A stretch of DNA of 64,000 nucleotides, taken from assembly GCA_038087875.1 (NCBI GenBank), contig CM075980.1, positions 71,114,001 to 71,178,000 of the forward strand, read 5' to 3'. Positions 12,239-26,482 of the stretch are shown piece by piece. Position 1 is the stretch's first letter. Each line of letters begins with the position of its first letter. The stretch comes from Malacoraja senta. Taxonomy: Eukaryota. The notes beneath the pieces are model-generated. The model saw only the letters and a program-made list of their open reading frames with translations. It searched no databases and had not been told where the DNA came from. The translations under genes were made by a program, and so were the position numbers.

Positions 12239-12441
12239 TGTAGATGAGATATGCATGTGCCTTTAACATAGTGACCTCACACCCACTAACCACTCCCCAT
12301 ATCACAAGTATAACTACCACCTCCACACCCACAGATCGCTCTCTAGTTCCTGTGACAGACCACGTACAGCTAGTGCAATGTATAATGTCCAGTATGAATA
12401 AAGATAGTAAAGTAACGATGCCTCGTTATCAATCCTTTACA
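12239..12441 (+). repeat. 3' LTR
   Basis: TG...CA, 203 bp. Confidence 0.95.
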
Positions 12442-12496
12442 GCTGTGTCATTGCCCCAATACTTCTCTCGATCTTACTTGCTGTAATATAGCATCT

Positions 12497-12806
12497 TTTT
12501 AGTTTAGTTTAGAGATACAGTGCAGAAACAGGGCCTTCAGCCCACCGAGACCCTGCCGACCAGCGATCCCTGCACACTAACACTATCCTACAGACACTAG
12601 GCAGAATTTACTATTTTACTAAGCCAATTAACTAACAAACCTGCACGTCATTGGAGTGTGAGAGGAAACCGGAGCTCCCAGAGAAAACCCACACAGGTCA
12701 CGGGGAGAATGTACAAACTCCGTACAGACAGCTCCCGTAGTCAGGATTGAACCCGGGTCTCTGGTGCTGTAAGGCAGCAACTCTACTGCTGTGCCACCGT
12801 GCCGCA
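12497..12806 (-). mobile_element. V-SINE (HE1-like), near full length
   Basis: Head, core and (TAAAC)n tail on the minus strand. Confidence 0.9.
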
Positions 12807-13464
12807 CTAATTCTGCTTTTGAATTGAAGTGCTTCTTCCTCTTAGCAATGTCTGGCAATGTTTGTGTCTGCTACAAGAAATAACTCATTCCCAATATCCT
12901 AACATCGTACCCCACAAAGTTAAACATTTTTTCCTACAAATAATGGCTAAATTTGCACTTATTCTGCATCTTTTCCCTTGTAACTTCAATGCCATTGAGT
13001 CTTGCTGCATGAAAACAGGCCCATCAGCCAAACTCGTCCATGCCAACCCAAATGCTCCATCTAAGCTAGTCCTATTTGCCCACATTTGGCCGATATCCTG
13101 CTAAACCTTTCCTATCCATATACCTGTCGAAATGTTATATAATTTCCCAATTTCTGAATTCAGTTCTCTGACTCATGAAGGCCAACATGCCAACAGCCTT
13201 CTTCACCATCCCATCTACCTGTGATGCCACTTTCAGGGAACTATGTCCTTGTACACCTCGATGCCTGTTCTCTACAGCACTCTCCAGGGCCCTATCATTC
13301 ACTGTGAAAATCCCGATCTGCTTTGACTTCGCAAAATGCTACACCTCACATTTATCTGGATATTATCCATTTGCTATTCATCGTGCGCGGCAGGGCCTGT
13401 TCCTGTTCCATACTGTTCAATGTTCTATTTTCCAAGAGCACAGAGGTGGAGGAATCCTCTGGTG

Positions 13465-13850
13465 TGTTTGATTAATTGATTACTTTATTGATTGATTGAT
13501 ACTTTATTATCATGGGTGACATGTCACCGTGAATTCTTTGTTTTGCATACCATACACAAAGTATGCAAAAAGCCGCCACATATAGGGCGCCGAAAAAGTT
13601 ACGGAAGCATTCCATATAGTCCACATTGTTCTCTCTTTGTTATTGGTGCCCCCCCCCATGCCCCACACTCCCCCATGCGGGGTCCCTCTTTGATTTCGGC
13701 AGAGGCCCCACGCCGGTCCTTCTTTGTTCTCGGCGCCCCCCCCCCCTTCCACTCCACACCGGGTCCCTCTTTGTTCTCTCGGCAGTGCATCCTCGACTGA
13801 CCACCGGCACCCATTGCAGGCCCATCCGACCTGCGGCACTTATGTAGCCC
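13465..13850 (-). mobile_element. Retroposon 3' part with about three ~70-bp GC-rich tandem units
   Basis: (AATC)n tail and AATAAA on the minus strand; repeated CTCTTTGTT..GGYGCCCCCCCC units. Confidence 0.5.
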
Positions 13851-14327
13851 ATCGGTTAAACCCTTCCAACACATCAGCCATGAGTGTTCCAGGAGACTAA
13901 CTGTTCTGCTCTCACATTGCATTGCTTAATTTCCTTATCTAATAAAAGTCCAACGATCTCTTTATCAAAAAATAATTTTAAGGAAACTATCATTGCCATG
14001 ACCATGATTTATCCAGTTCTTTTGTTCTGGATCTCATCAACAAGGTAAACAGCTTTCAAAATGAATTATAGATACATAGATACATAGAAATTAGGTGCAG
14101 GAGTAGGCCATTCGGCCCTTCGAGCCTGCACCGCCATTCAATACGATCATGGCTGATCATTTAGCATTATATTATGTCAGTCTTTAATGTTTTATATTCA
14201 AGTGAACACAAGCCACTTGCCCTCCTGACTTCACTTCACTTCTTATGCTGCATTTCAGGGAAAAATCATTGCATCCTCTCCAACATTTTATTAAAGAATC
14301 CACTTGGACCCGTTCATTTGCTGAGAA

Positions 14328-14635
14328 GCAGCACAGTGGCACAGCTGGTAGAGCAGCTGCCTCACAGCACAGGAGACCCGGGTCCGATCCTGACGCTGGG
14401 TGGTGCATGTGTGGAGTTTTCCCTGTGACTGCATAGGTTTCCTCCGAGCACCTCTGGTTTCCTCCCACATCCCCAAAACTTGCGGGGTTGTAGGTTAATT
14501 GGTCTCTGTAAATTGCCCCTAATGTGCAGGGAGTGATAACAAGAGTAAATGGGTGATCGATGGTCGGCATGGACTCTGTGGGCTGAAGGGCCTGTTTCCA
14601 TGCTGTATCTCCAAATCAAACTAAGCTGAACTAAA
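14328..14635 (+). mobile_element. V-SINE (HE1-like)
   Basis: Head, core and tail motifs. Confidence 0.85.
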
Positions 14636-14886
14636 GCAGAATTGCAGAGGAGCTGACACTGGGTAAAATCCTGTCCAGCACCTGCACTTGCCTCTGTGGA
14701 TGCACTGTTTGCAGCCTTGCAGGTCCACTTGAGCTGGAGGCCTCGTTGCCATGGTAATCTTGCTGCTAGGCCTCAGATGGATAACCTACCTAACTTACCC
14801 CCCATAACAATCCTGGTGTCAGTCTATCAGTGATATTCCCTTTCTCCTATCTATCTCTCCCTGACTTCTCGGCAATATAAAACTAA

Positions 14887-15132
14887 AGGGCCTGTCCCAC
14901 TTTCACGACCTAATTCATGACCTCTGCCGAGTTTGCCCTTGACTCATACTCACAGCATGGTCGTCATGAGGTCGTAGGAGCTCAGGTAGGTCGTAGGTAG
15001 GTCGTAGCAGGTCGTGATGCTAGTTGTGGGTACTCGTGGCATCAAGTAGGTCACGGCATTTTTCTAGCCTGATGAAAAATGTCAACGAGTAAAAAAGGTC
15101 GTGAATTAGGTCGTGAAAGTGGGACAGGCCCT
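14887..15132. mobile_element. PIF/Harbinger-type MITE (246 bp)
   Basis: 37-bp TIR AGGGCCTGTCCCACTTTCACGACCTAATTCAYGACCT (1 mismatch), flanked by TAA/TTA; internal GGTCGTA repeats. Confidence 0.88.
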
Positions 15133-15989
15133 TTACACAATTTCTCTCTTTCCCAGTTCACAAGGAGTTTTGAACTGAATCATTAACTTTGCTCTTCTCT
15201 CCACGTTTGCTCTCTGACCTCTCAGGTTAACCAACATTTTCTATTTTTATTTAAAAATTCCAGCAGCTTCATTTCTTGGTTTGATTTTTATTTTCATGTT
15301 TTTGAAATAACATAGCCAGTTGAGGTGTGTAAAATGACAAGAAATCTGGAGAGAGTGAATTAAATGGACCTTGCAAACAGAAAGTCAACAACCAAGCCCC
15401 AAAAGTCAAAATAATTGGAAGAAAGATTGTAAAGGAGTTGACGAGATATATGCCAAGTCTTGGAACCTGCAGATAAAGAGCTGGAAGATGACAATAGGCT
15501 CTACAGACCTTTCCTAGTTGACAAGGACATGACTTTTCTGTGTGCCATTAGTTTTGAGCATTTCATACAAGAATAGACTATAAAAGATATATAATACTGG
15601 CTGCTTTTTACTCTGTATGAGACTTTCTTCATAAACATCCTTCCTCTGCTTTCCACTATCAGGTTCAACTGGAAAAACCATGCATTCTTTATCAAAAGAC
15701 CAAGTACTTTTTTCAAACTTTTCAATACAGATTGAGGTATTTTAAATATTATGCAAGTTATAAATCAATTAAGTTAAATATCCCCTCAATAGAGGATGAT
15801 TTTCTTGCATCAGATTATTCACATCTCAGGTGACTTATTCAATTCTAAGCTTTAAGCAGAAAAAAGAAAATATTAAAAAAGTATCTTATCCTATCCCTGT
15901 TAATAAGCTCCGTTTATTTCCCCTGACCCACTGCCTGATTGTTTGTAACACTGCATTAATTGTATAAGGCTTACTCTTCAGAATGACAT

Positions 15990-16302
15990 AATTGGGAGAG
16001 TCCAGGACTGGAGGTCATAGCCTCAAAATAAAGGATGTTCCTTTAGGAAGGAGATGAGAGGATTTTTTAGTCAGGAGGGTGCGATCTTGTGAAATCTTTG
16101 CCCAAAAGGCTGTGGAAGGCCAATTCAATGGAAATTTTAAGGCAGAGATAGATAGATCTTTGATTAGTACGGTGTCAGGGGTTATGGTAAGAAGGCAGGA
16201 GAATGGGGTTAGGAGGGAGATTATAGATCAGCCAGATTGAATGGCAGAGTAGACTTGATGGGCTGAATGGCTTAATTCTGTTCTATCATTTTATGACCTT
16301 AT
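15990..16302 (+). mobile_element. CR1 LINE 3' end
   Basis: GESRT.GHSL.IKG-like coding remnant and TATGACCT tail. Confidence 0.8.
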
Positions 16303-17009
16303 AATTGACTGTCCAGTGCACTGTACTCCCATCAAGAAACATGGCGATAATTTTTAATTATTCCCAAATTCAATGATTTCCCACCAGGACTAACAATAGA
16401 ACCAATCATCCCTATTTTCTCTTGGCATGCAGTTTATAGCAAGTTTATTCTGTTACTATCAAAACAAAACAAAAACGGTAGACTGGGGATGAGATTCTTT
16501 CTTTGCATTTGAAATCGATTGTGAACTTATTCCATAAATTTGACCATCCAGTTATATTATACAACTTTATTACATATTGGCTGATGATTAATTTTGATAA
16601 ATCATTTGCAAAATCATGATATGATCAAATAAAATATAACACATGTCCTAATGGAAAGATACAATAACAAAAGGTAGTTTCAATAAGCACAAACTGAAAC
16701 CAGTCGACAGATTTTACATTCTGGTCACAAATACTCTGCACCATTATCCCATCTCTGGTTCCACTATTAATGCAAGGCTTTCCAAAGCTTGGAACTTATC
16801 CAAACCTCGATAGAATGACAAGAGATGTGTCTGAAGACTGGGTTCAATCAGTGGCAAATTATTTGTGGCATCAATGTGAATATTTGACCAGCCTTTGCTA
16901 CCACATTTTACTAATAGTACATGAACATTGGCAAATATTTAAGGAGTTTCTCAGGCTTATTACCTGACTGACCAACACAGCATAACATATAGATTTCAAA
17001 CATAAAAAA

Positions 17010-17330
17010 ATGTAAAAAATACTGCACAGGAACATGCCTTTAACCTCAATGTCCATGCCAAACAGGATGCCAATTTTAATAAATCCCCTTTCCCAGGACA
17101 TGATCCATATCCCTTCTTGCATATCCATGTGTCTATCTAAAAGCCACTTAAATGCCACTATTATATCTGCCTCCACCACCACCCCTGACAACATGTTCCA
17201 GGCCCCCACCATTCTGTGTAGAAAACCTGCCCCACACATCTCCTTTAAACTTGCCCCCTCTGACATTACGCCTCTTGCTTTTTGTCATAGCCACTCTGGG
17301 AACTAGGTTGTGACTCTCTACCCTGTCTAG
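17010..17330 (-). mobile_element. CR1 LINE 3' remnant
   Basis: Translates as MVGAWNML..VVVEAD.I.AFK.LLDRHM. Confidence 0.75.
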
Positions 17331-18611
17331 ACCCCAGAATTTAGCCACAGAACACCTTGCATTTTTTTGCACTTGGTGTGAAATTCTCCAGAATGAAATA
17401 TTTTAGTTGGAGAAAACCAAGTGTACAGTAAATCACTTTAGCGCTACATCTGAAATGTAGCAGCCACATTTTCTGTTTCAGAGTAATAATTTCAAATCAA
17501 GTCAAGTTTATTGCCATGTGCACAAGTAGGGTGAGATATAGGTACAATGGAAATCTTGCTTGCGACAGCATCGCAGGCACATAGACTCAAACATACACAC
17601 AAAAACAAATTGTACATAAATCTGACATTAATTCAACAAGACAGTTTAAAAGAAAAAGGCTGCTAGGAATAAATCAAACCTGCTACTGGAAATATACCTT
17701 CTAATCATGAGAAAGAGGCATAAGGAAGATACCAAAATGAAATGCAAAGCATAAAATGTTACATTGTTCGGGAAGATTGGGAAAATTCAAAACCTGGAAT
17801 ACTGCTGAAAATTTGACACTAATTTCAAGATGGTTCATTTTCATCAGAGGGGGTTGAGACTGGGTTAATTCAGTTAATTCCAGGGATGAAAGGGGTGACT
17901 AATGACACAAGGCTGAGACTGCACTCACTGTAATTTAGAGGAGTGAGCGATGATGGTGTTATTGAGGCATTTAAGATTCAGAGGAGGATTGATAGAGTGG
18001 ACGGAGTAGGGTTTAGTACAGGTGCAATGGAAGTCCTGCTTGCAGCAGCATCACAACCACAATAGACTCAGAAAATTGCACAAAATATGAATTATACATA
18101 AATTCGACCAGACAGTAAAAAGAAAAAGAATGTGCAGAAATAAAGCAAATCCTTTACTGGAAGCTCACCTTCGAAACAAAGAGGTGAGGCGGAATGAGTT
18201 ATCTATGAGAGTTACAAATATTTGGAATTCTCTGCCGTGTGGAGCTGCGAATGATGAACCATTGAAGGTTGAGATTTTCAGTTTGTCGATGAGTCTTAGG
18301 TTATAGGAAATGAGTAGAATTGGATATCAGAGTATAACAGATATAATATAATTAAACTGTTGGAGCAGACATAATGGAGCTATATGTCCCGTTTGTACGG
18401 TGTTATTTTATGCTTTTATGAATAATTCCAGACATCGCTGTTATTGAGATGTGCAATATTGCAGACATTGAAATGATCTTAATTGGCTGACCATATCAAT
18501 ATCCATTGCCTTTCAGCATTCCAAAGATCCTGCATGGTTCTACAAAGTCAACCACACCAAGTATTATACATCCAGGCAGGAATAAGAAAGAAGTATCAAG
18601 ACTCACATTAT

Positions 18612-18908
18612 GCAGCGGCACTGTAAGGCAGTTGAGTTGCTGCCTTACAGTGCCAGAGACCCAGGTTCAATCCTGACTACAGGTGCTGTCTGTTTAGATG
18701 TTCTCCCCGTGACTGCATGGGTTTTCTCCGAGATCTTCAGTTTCCTCCCACATTCTAAAGACGTGCCGGTTTGTCAGTTAATTGGCTTGGTATAAATGTA
18801 AAATAGTTCCTAGTGCATGTGGAATAATGTTAGTGTGTGGGGATTGCTGATTGCAGACTCAGTGGGCCGAAAGGCCTGTTTCCATGCTGTATCTCTAAAC
18901 TAAACTGA
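18612..18908 (+). mobile_element. V-SINE (HE1-like)
   Basis: Head, core and tail motifs. Confidence 0.85.
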
Positions 18909-20314
18909 ACACCGAAGGTTTGTGCCATAGATATGATGGGATAGGGAACCAATTCAAATAACATACAAGGCATAAGCTGCAGTTCAAGGTTTCAAATGGC
19001 ATCCAAAGTGTTTCAAGGAAGAGTGGAGTCGATTGGAAGTCTGGTCCGTCAACACACTTGCATAATGTGGAACAGAGATTGATCTCACAACACACAATGG
19101 AGTTCACACATGAAAAAAAAACCTGTCAAATAAATTCAGATTTAACAGAGTTTGAAGGATGGCTCATGTTTTGATGGCTGATAAGTGGTTCTGTTTTTTT
19201 AAGAAGGTTATTTAGAGTTTTATACAAGCCAATGTGTTAAGGGATTTGGAACAAAGATGACGTACGCTCATCCCTAATCTCATTGAATGGTGGAAAGAAC
19301 TTACCAGATGGTAAAATAAATGATCTATATCTGAGTCTGTATTTATTTAAGATGTTTTTTGGAAGCAACTCCATTTAGGGTTTGATCGTTGACCTTTAAT
19401 CTGGCAGCTCGTTCCATGCACCCACCAGGCTCTGAGTGAAAATGTTACCCCTCGGATTCATGGTAAATCTTGCCCTTCTTACCTTAAACATATGTCTTGT
19501 AGGTCTTGATTCCTCTGCTCTGCGAAAAAAGACTCTGTGCATTCACCCTTAAGTCCTTGGAATCGTCTAACCAGTGAACTGTGCACACTGGTTTGAATGA
19601 TCATGACCTAGCATGAGAAAGAGCCACTGAGATTCATGGTTAACTGCAGTTTGTGCAAGATTGGAAGGTAACTGATAGTGGGGAGGTAACCAATGAGGGG
19701 ATGAGAAGAGGTCATATCAGGTTGAGATCATAGCTTGAACAATCGCTGCCATCATTTTGATACACCTCTAGGGCAGGCACACCTGGCATGTAGAGACCCC
19801 CTTACTAACTTAGGTGGCAAGCAGCAAAAGCACATGTAAAGAAAATACGCCTTCAATGGAGTCAAATAATTATAGTTATTAGCAGCAAAAACCACATTTT
19901 CTGATCTTCTGGTCTATCCCACAGAAAACTAATAATGCAGGAGTGTCCTTGCCCCTTTTTATTCTATGTGCAAATGCATCAGACTGCTGTTCATTGGAAT
20001 ACCAGCATGGCAAAGATTCAATTCTGTCTCACGTGAATATGCACCTTCCTGCATGGCCAACTGAAGGTTATTTAACACTGGAAAAATAGTCAGAGCACCC
20101 TGAACCTTTTACTCTGTCATTTTGTAATCATCTTCTTCATGAAAACATTCCTTTCACCTTCCACTCAGTCTCCCAGTCATAATTCACAGCCAGAACCTCT
20201 TAATTGCCATAATTATCTCCTGAATATTTAGGATTCCAAATTGCAGCCAAAATCTTTTAATCACTATAATTATTTGACTCTTTCGAAAGCATATTTCCTT
20301 TGAGCGTTCTTCTG

Positions 20315-21237
20315 ATTTGCAGATGACACAAAGCTGGGTGGCAGTGTGAACAGTGAGGAGGATGCTATGCGAATGCAGGGTGACTTGGACAGGTTGGGTG
20401 CGTGGACAGATGCAGGGCAGATGCAGTTTAATGTAGATAAATGTGAGGTTATCCACTTTGGCAGCAAAAACAGGAAGGCAGATTATTATGTAAATGGTGT
20501 CAAGTTGGGAAAAGGGGAAGTACAACGGGATCTGGGGGTACTTTCAGTCAATGAAAGTAAGCATGCAGGTACAGCAGGCAGTGAAGAAAGCGAATAGCAT
20601 TTTGGCCTTCATAACAAAGGAGTTGAGTACAGGAGCAAAGAGGTCCTTCTGCAGTTGTACAGGGCCCTAGTGAGACCACACCTGGAGTGTTGTGTGCAGT
20701 TTTGGTCCCCTAATTTGAGGAAGGACATTCTTGCTATTGAGGGAGTGCAGCGTAGGTTTACAAGGTTAATTCCCGGGATGGCAGGACTGTCATATGCTGA
20801 GAGAATGGAGTGGCTAGGCTTGTATACTCTGGAATTTAGAAGGATGAGAGGAGATCTTATTGAAACATATAAGATTATTAAGGGTTTGGACATGCTGGAG
20901 GCAGGAAACATGTTCCCGATGTTGGGGGAGTCCAAAACTAGGGGCCACAGTTTAAGAACAAGGGGCAAGCCATTTAGAACGGAGATGAGGAAACACTTTT
21001 TCACACAGATAGTTGAGAGTCTCTGGAATTCTCTGCCTAAGAGGACAGTGGAGGTCAGTTCTCTGGATACTTTTAAGAGAGAGCTAGATAGGGCTCTTAA
21101 AGATAGCGGAGTCAGGGGATATGGGGAGATGGCAGGAATGGGGTAATGGTTGGGGATGATCAGCCATGATCACATTGAATGGGTCGATGGGCCGAATGGC
21201 CTACTCCTGCACCTATTGTCTATTGTCTATTGTCTAT
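20315..21237 (+). pseudogene. 5'-truncated CR1 LINE (RT C-terminal part, frameshifted)
   Basis: [53 protein letters not shown]; (CTATTGT)n tail. Confidence 0.92.
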
Positions 21238-21473
21238 ATTGCTGCCTTGCAGCACCATAGACCAGGTTCGATCCTGACGACTGGTGCTGTCTGTATGGAG
21301 CTTGTACGTTCTCCCTGTGACCGCATAGATTTTCTCCAGGTGCTCCCGTTTCCTCCCACACTCCAAAGCATACAGGTTTGTAGGTTAATGACCTTAGTGT
21401 ATGGGGGTGATCAGTCAGCGCAGACTCGATGGGCGAAGAGTCTGTTTCCCCACTGTATCTCTAAAGTCTAGAG

Positions 21474-21707
21474 CTGGGGTTCCCAAACATTTTCGTCACG
21501 TTTACCCCTGGCAACTTTAATAGCACATAACAATGTTATTTCATTTACTGATGAACAACTAATGATGAACAGGTACTGGTAAATCAGAGCCAAAAACAGT
21601 TAGTCAATGAGAAAAAATATGTACAAATCAAGGATCAACAAATTTATCCCCTGGGTAGGCGAAATTTACCCCCTGCGGGTAAATTTACCCCAGGTTGGGA
21701 ACCCTTG
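21474..21707. mobile_element. hAT-Charlie-type MITE (234 bp) inserted in a SINE tail
   Basis: TIRs CTGGGGTTCCCAAAC / GGTTGGGAACCCTTG; perfect 8-bp TSD GTCTAGAG (21466-21473, 21708-21715) matching the NTCTAGAN preference; subterminal TTTACCCC repeats. Confidence 0.9.
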
Positions 21708-22159
21708 GTCTAGAGTCTAAAGTAAATCTGTCAAGTTTGGCAAAATATGTTGAATACATCTAATATTCAAAAACAGTGAACAAAATTTTAAAGAAAAAAA
21801 ACCATTGAAAAATTGATAAAATATTTAAGCATTTAAAAAGACATACAAGCCCAAAAATAATTATCATGTTTATAAAACTCAAACAATTTGAGTTATTTAA
21901 CAATTCATACCTTGAATCTATTCACTATTGAAATGAATGGAGAACTTGACAGTGCTAAGTTCAACCTTGCACAGCTTTTTCAAGTGGCTCTTTCTATCTA
22001 AACGATGGGGAATAGTTGCAACTTCTTGCTTTGGCGCCGGTCACCATGAGAAGGAAGTGGCAGTGCCTGAGCATGAACTTGACAGCAAACATCTGTTAGC
22101 ACAGCCGGGAACTCTGTGCTCTCGTACACATGAGCAGAAATCCCAACCTGACCGGCACT

Positions 22160-22770
22160 CACTCAGGGACTAGTACAACAGGGATGTAATGCTGAGGCTT
22201 TATAGGACACTGGACAGAAGGCATCCGGAGTATTGTGAGCAGCTTTGGGCCCCATATCTGAGGAAGGATGTGCTGCCGCTAGAGAGGGTCCGAGGAGGTT
22301 TAAGAAAATGATCCCAGAAATGTTTGGGTTGACATGTGATGAGCATTTGATGGCTTTGGGCCTGTATTCGCTAGATTTCAGAGGGATGAGGGGGTACCTC
22401 ATTGAAACTTATAGATTAGTGAAAGGCATGGGTAGAATGGATGTGGAGAGGATGTTTCCACTAGTGGGAGAGTCTAGCACCAGCCTCAGAATAAAAGGAC
22501 ATAACTTTAGAAAGGAGATGAGGAGAATTTCTTTAGTCAGAGGGTGGTGAATCTGTGGAATTCATTGCCACAGAAAGCTGTGGAGGCCAAGTCAATGGGT
22601 ATTTTTATGGTGGAGATTGATAGGTTCTTGACTAGTGAGGGTGTCAAAGGTTGTGGGGGAAGGCAGGAGAATGGTGTTGAGAGGGAAAGATAGATCAGCC
22701 GCAATTGAATGGCGGAGTAGACTTGATGGGCCGAATAGCCTAATTCTGCTCCTACAACTTATGAACTTAA
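22160..22770 (+). mobile_element. CR1 LINE 3' fragment (second subfamily)
   Basis: LGLYSLDFRGMRGYLIETYR..MFPLVGES; TATGAACT tail. Confidence 0.85.
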
Positions 22771-24067
22771 ATCTGAACAGCTTTTAACAACTCACTCAAA
22801 CGTGATCAAATGTCCCAGTTTGTTTCTGGCTTCTCTCTTCTTCCTCCTGACCTTTTTTCTTGTCTGCCTGCTGATCAGCTGGCTCATTATGTGAGCAACA
22901 AAGATGAATAGTTTGTCCTGTGTAGTTTTAAATTGAAAGCGAATGGAAAAAAAACTCACTTTAATCATATTTCATTCCAAACTCACTTATCTTCATCGCC
23001 CGTTGTTTAGCCCCATCACATCTGATCAGCCTGAGAATGTTTAGATCATTGCACATTCACTTTGGCAGAACCGTGCTACTTATTCTTAAATTTTAGCTGC
23101 CAAGAAGAGAAACTATGGGGAAGCTCAATGGAGAAAACACGTGGCATGGGCAATTTGAAAATAAGTTTAAAGAAAGATTGAAAAATAAGGTGGCTCACGT
23201 TCTTGCATTGCATTTCCCCTGCAATGTAACCGATTTCTAATGATGCTGAGATCTACTGTGCAATCAGCTTTTTTAAAATCTTAAATGGAATAGTAACCAT
23301 GAAGGAGCCTTGGGGAGAGAAGAGGAGATAAAGGGCATTAAAAAACACTCACTGCATTTCCTTTGATGAACTTGAAATTGAGAATGTTCAGCAAACCATT
23401 GCAGACATCCTCTTAGCCAGCTTCAATATTTGGACAATAGACAATAGACAAAAGGTGCAGGTGTAGCTCATTCGGCCCTTCAATCATGGCTGATCATCCA
23501 CAATCAGTACCCCATTCTTCCTGTCTCCCCATATCCCATGACTCTGCTATCTTTAAGAGCTCTATCTAACTCTCTCTTGAATGCATCCAGAGAACGTAAA
23601 TGTCTATGAAGACAGCACCTGTGGTCAGGTTCGTACCCGGGTCTCTGGTGCTGTAAGGCAGCAAGTCTACTGCTGCACCCCTGTGACACACTAAATGGAT
23701 GGTAGAAATTGCTCTAGTCACACAAAAGGATGCGGAGGATTGGATAATTTAAATTTTCAGGACAGAATTCAATTGCTTTGGTTGGGTGTCAAGGGATATG
23801 AAGCAATGTCACATAAATGAACTCAGATTCAATTGAGTGGCTGTATATTCCCAAGAGACAGAAAAACGTACACCTCTTCCTAATGTTCTACCGCCCAATG
23901 CTTGACAATCACAGATGGAGGCTGGCAGCTTTACTAAGGCTGTCTCTGGCAGCTGAGGAAGAACCCTATGAACTTAATGAGTCAGAGCATGCTCAATCCA
24001 CTGCTCACGTTCCCCAGCATGTAGTAGTTTAGTTTAGCTTAGAGATAAAATGCAGAAACAAGAGGAT

Positions 24068-24707
24068 CTCATAACAAGAGGATTTCAGTATAGGAGTAAA
24101 GAGGTTCTTCTGCAATTGTATAGGGCTCTGGTGAGACCACATCTGGAGAATTGTGTACAGTTTTGGTCTCCTAATTTGAGGAAGGACATCCTTGTGATTG
24201 AGGCAGTGCAGCGTAGGTTCACGAGATTGATCCCTGGGATGGCGGGACTGTCATATGAGGAAAGATTGAAAAGACTAGGCTTGTATTCACTGGAGTTTAG
24301 AAGGATGAGGGGGATCTTATAGAAACATATAAAATTATAAAAGGACTGGACAAGCTAGATGCAGGAAAAATGTTCCCAATGTTGGGCGAGTCCAGAACCA
24401 GGGGCCACAGTCTTAGAATAAAGGGGAGGTCATTTAAGACTGAGGTGAGAAAAACCCTTTTTCACCCAGAGAGTTGTGAATTTATGGAATTCCCTGCCAC
24501 AGAGGGCAGCGGAGGCCAAATCACTGGATGGATTTAAGAGAGAGTTAGATGGAGCTCTAGGGGCTAGTGGAGTCAAGGGATATGGGGAGAAGGCAGGCAC
24601 GGGTTATTGATAGGGGACGATCAGCCATGATCACAATGAATGGCGGTGCTGGCTTGGGGCTGAATGGCCTCCTCCTGCACCTATTTTCTATGTTTCTATG
24701 TTTCTAT
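24068..24707 (+). mobile_element. CR1 LINE 3' fragment nested in a minus-strand V-SINE (24024-24061 plus 24708-24984)
   Basis: [26 protein letters not shown]..; the SINE sequence ..GAAACA / GCCCTTTGGCC.. is split by the insertion. Confidence 0.85.
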
Positions 24708-26482
24708 AAGCCCTTTGGCCTTTTTAGTCCCTGCCGAGCAGCGATCCCCGCACACTAAATCTATCCTACACATTTTAAAGACAATTTACAATTTTATCAA
24801 AGCCAATTAACCTACAAACCTGTACGTTTTTGGAGTGTGAGAGGTAACCGGAGCACCGGGAGAAAACCCATGGAGATCACAGGAAGAACGTACAAGCTCC
24901 ATACAGACAGCACCCGTAATCAGGATCGAACCCGGGTCTACGGTGCTGTAAGGCAGAAACTCTACCGCTGCACCACTGTGCCATGTTTTCTTTCTAGTTA
25001 TTCCACTGATTCCTATAACAATGCTAGGTAGCTTAGGTATACACCCCACCCTTCTTTCCACCTTTTAACCTTAAGGTAGAGCAAGACAAGTTTATTCTGC
25101 ATTGTACTGGTCAATAATAATCTATTTTCCCCATTGGGGGGTACCTAAAACTCCAGCTGCGGCTCGACAGATGCTGTACAATGGAAGAAGCATGGTCTTG
25201 TCACTGCTGAACTGAGTCCCATTGAAGATAATATATATATATATATATATATATAATATCTATGTATACAGTAGATATAATCCACAAGAAAGCCCAAGAG
25301 TCCACATACTGTTTTGATTATTTTGCTGAAAAAGTAGATTACTCTTGAAAAGGATACAGTGCAGATTAATGAGAAAAATACCAGGGTTTAAACATTCAGT
25401 TCCATGACTCTTTGACTCGATGACATGAAAAGGGAAATCTCCTGAGATAAGATACTCACTGCATTTAATTTGGGCAACTTGTTTTCTTGTTGAAAGGATT
25501 CTGCCTGACCCAGGATAAACAATGGGGAAATTATCCAATTTTCAAAGATTCTAAAGGCAATGGATGATAAGGATAGTACATTCTGCAGATGGAACAGTGT
25601 ATTGCGATCATAGACTTAGCACATCATTATCAATTGACTTCCCCTCAATGTAGCTAGATTCTCTAGCAGCATTCATGAAATTATTTCACCAAATGTATCT
25701 GAATCTACAAAATAAAAATGCAGAACTCCAAGAAAATATGGTTAAATATTCAAGCAAAACCTCTCATTAATACCACCATTCCCTGGGGTTGTAACTATTT
25801 ATCACTTGAAAATATAACGATGAGCTATCAAGATAAATGAATCCCCAGAAACAAATGACCAAAATGTGATCCCCAGTGGCTTAGTAAATACATTAGAAGT
25901 GGAAAAGAGGAAAAATGGTCCAGACAGATCTCCTGTGTGGAAGAGTTGACCATAAAAAATGTAGAAGCTCATTAAAAGTGTGATTATGTTGGTGATGAAT
26001 GGTTTTGCAAAAGGCAAATCTGTTGAGACTAAACATAAACAAAGTCCCCCACAAGCACAGCAACAAACCATGGTCAGAAAAAAAAAGAAGAGAACATCTG
26101 AAAAGATGTAGATTGAAGAGAGTAAGTATCTAAATTACCTTTTAAGTCATGTACTCCATCCAAGCAGATATCCAGTGTAATATTTACCTGACTTTGCAGT
26201 CCGTCAGAGAGGTTGTACAGTACTGATCTTGAAGGAAGCTTCACACCAAATCCCATGGATCCAAGATGTGCAATGGCAATGTTGCCCTGAGCAGCCAATT
26301 AACATCATAAGCAATCTTATTAAGCAAACTGGAAACATTCTGCAGAGGGAACAACATTAGGATTTAGAAGTGAAATTATATCAGAATGTGAAAATTCATA
26401 ATGATAACTTCTTAAAATTGTTTTTATTGCTGTAAAACACAAAAAAAAAAGATATAATTATCGGGGAATTCAAACCCATTGA

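Larger units (their letters stand above)
7702..12441 (+). mobile_element. Full-length Ty3/Gypsy LTR retrotransposon (Mag-like), 4740 bp
   Basis: Two 203-bp LTRs, PBS, PPT and gag-PR-RT-RH-IN domain order. Confidence 0.97.

Noticed and set aside
7707-12486. Two ORFs with the same N-terminus (MRYACAF..) at 7707 and 12244
   Set aside because: They are chance ORFs within the two LTR copies, not duplicated genes.
20181-20275. Degenerate ~58-bp tandem duplication
   Set aside because: Ordinary local duplication with no further structure.
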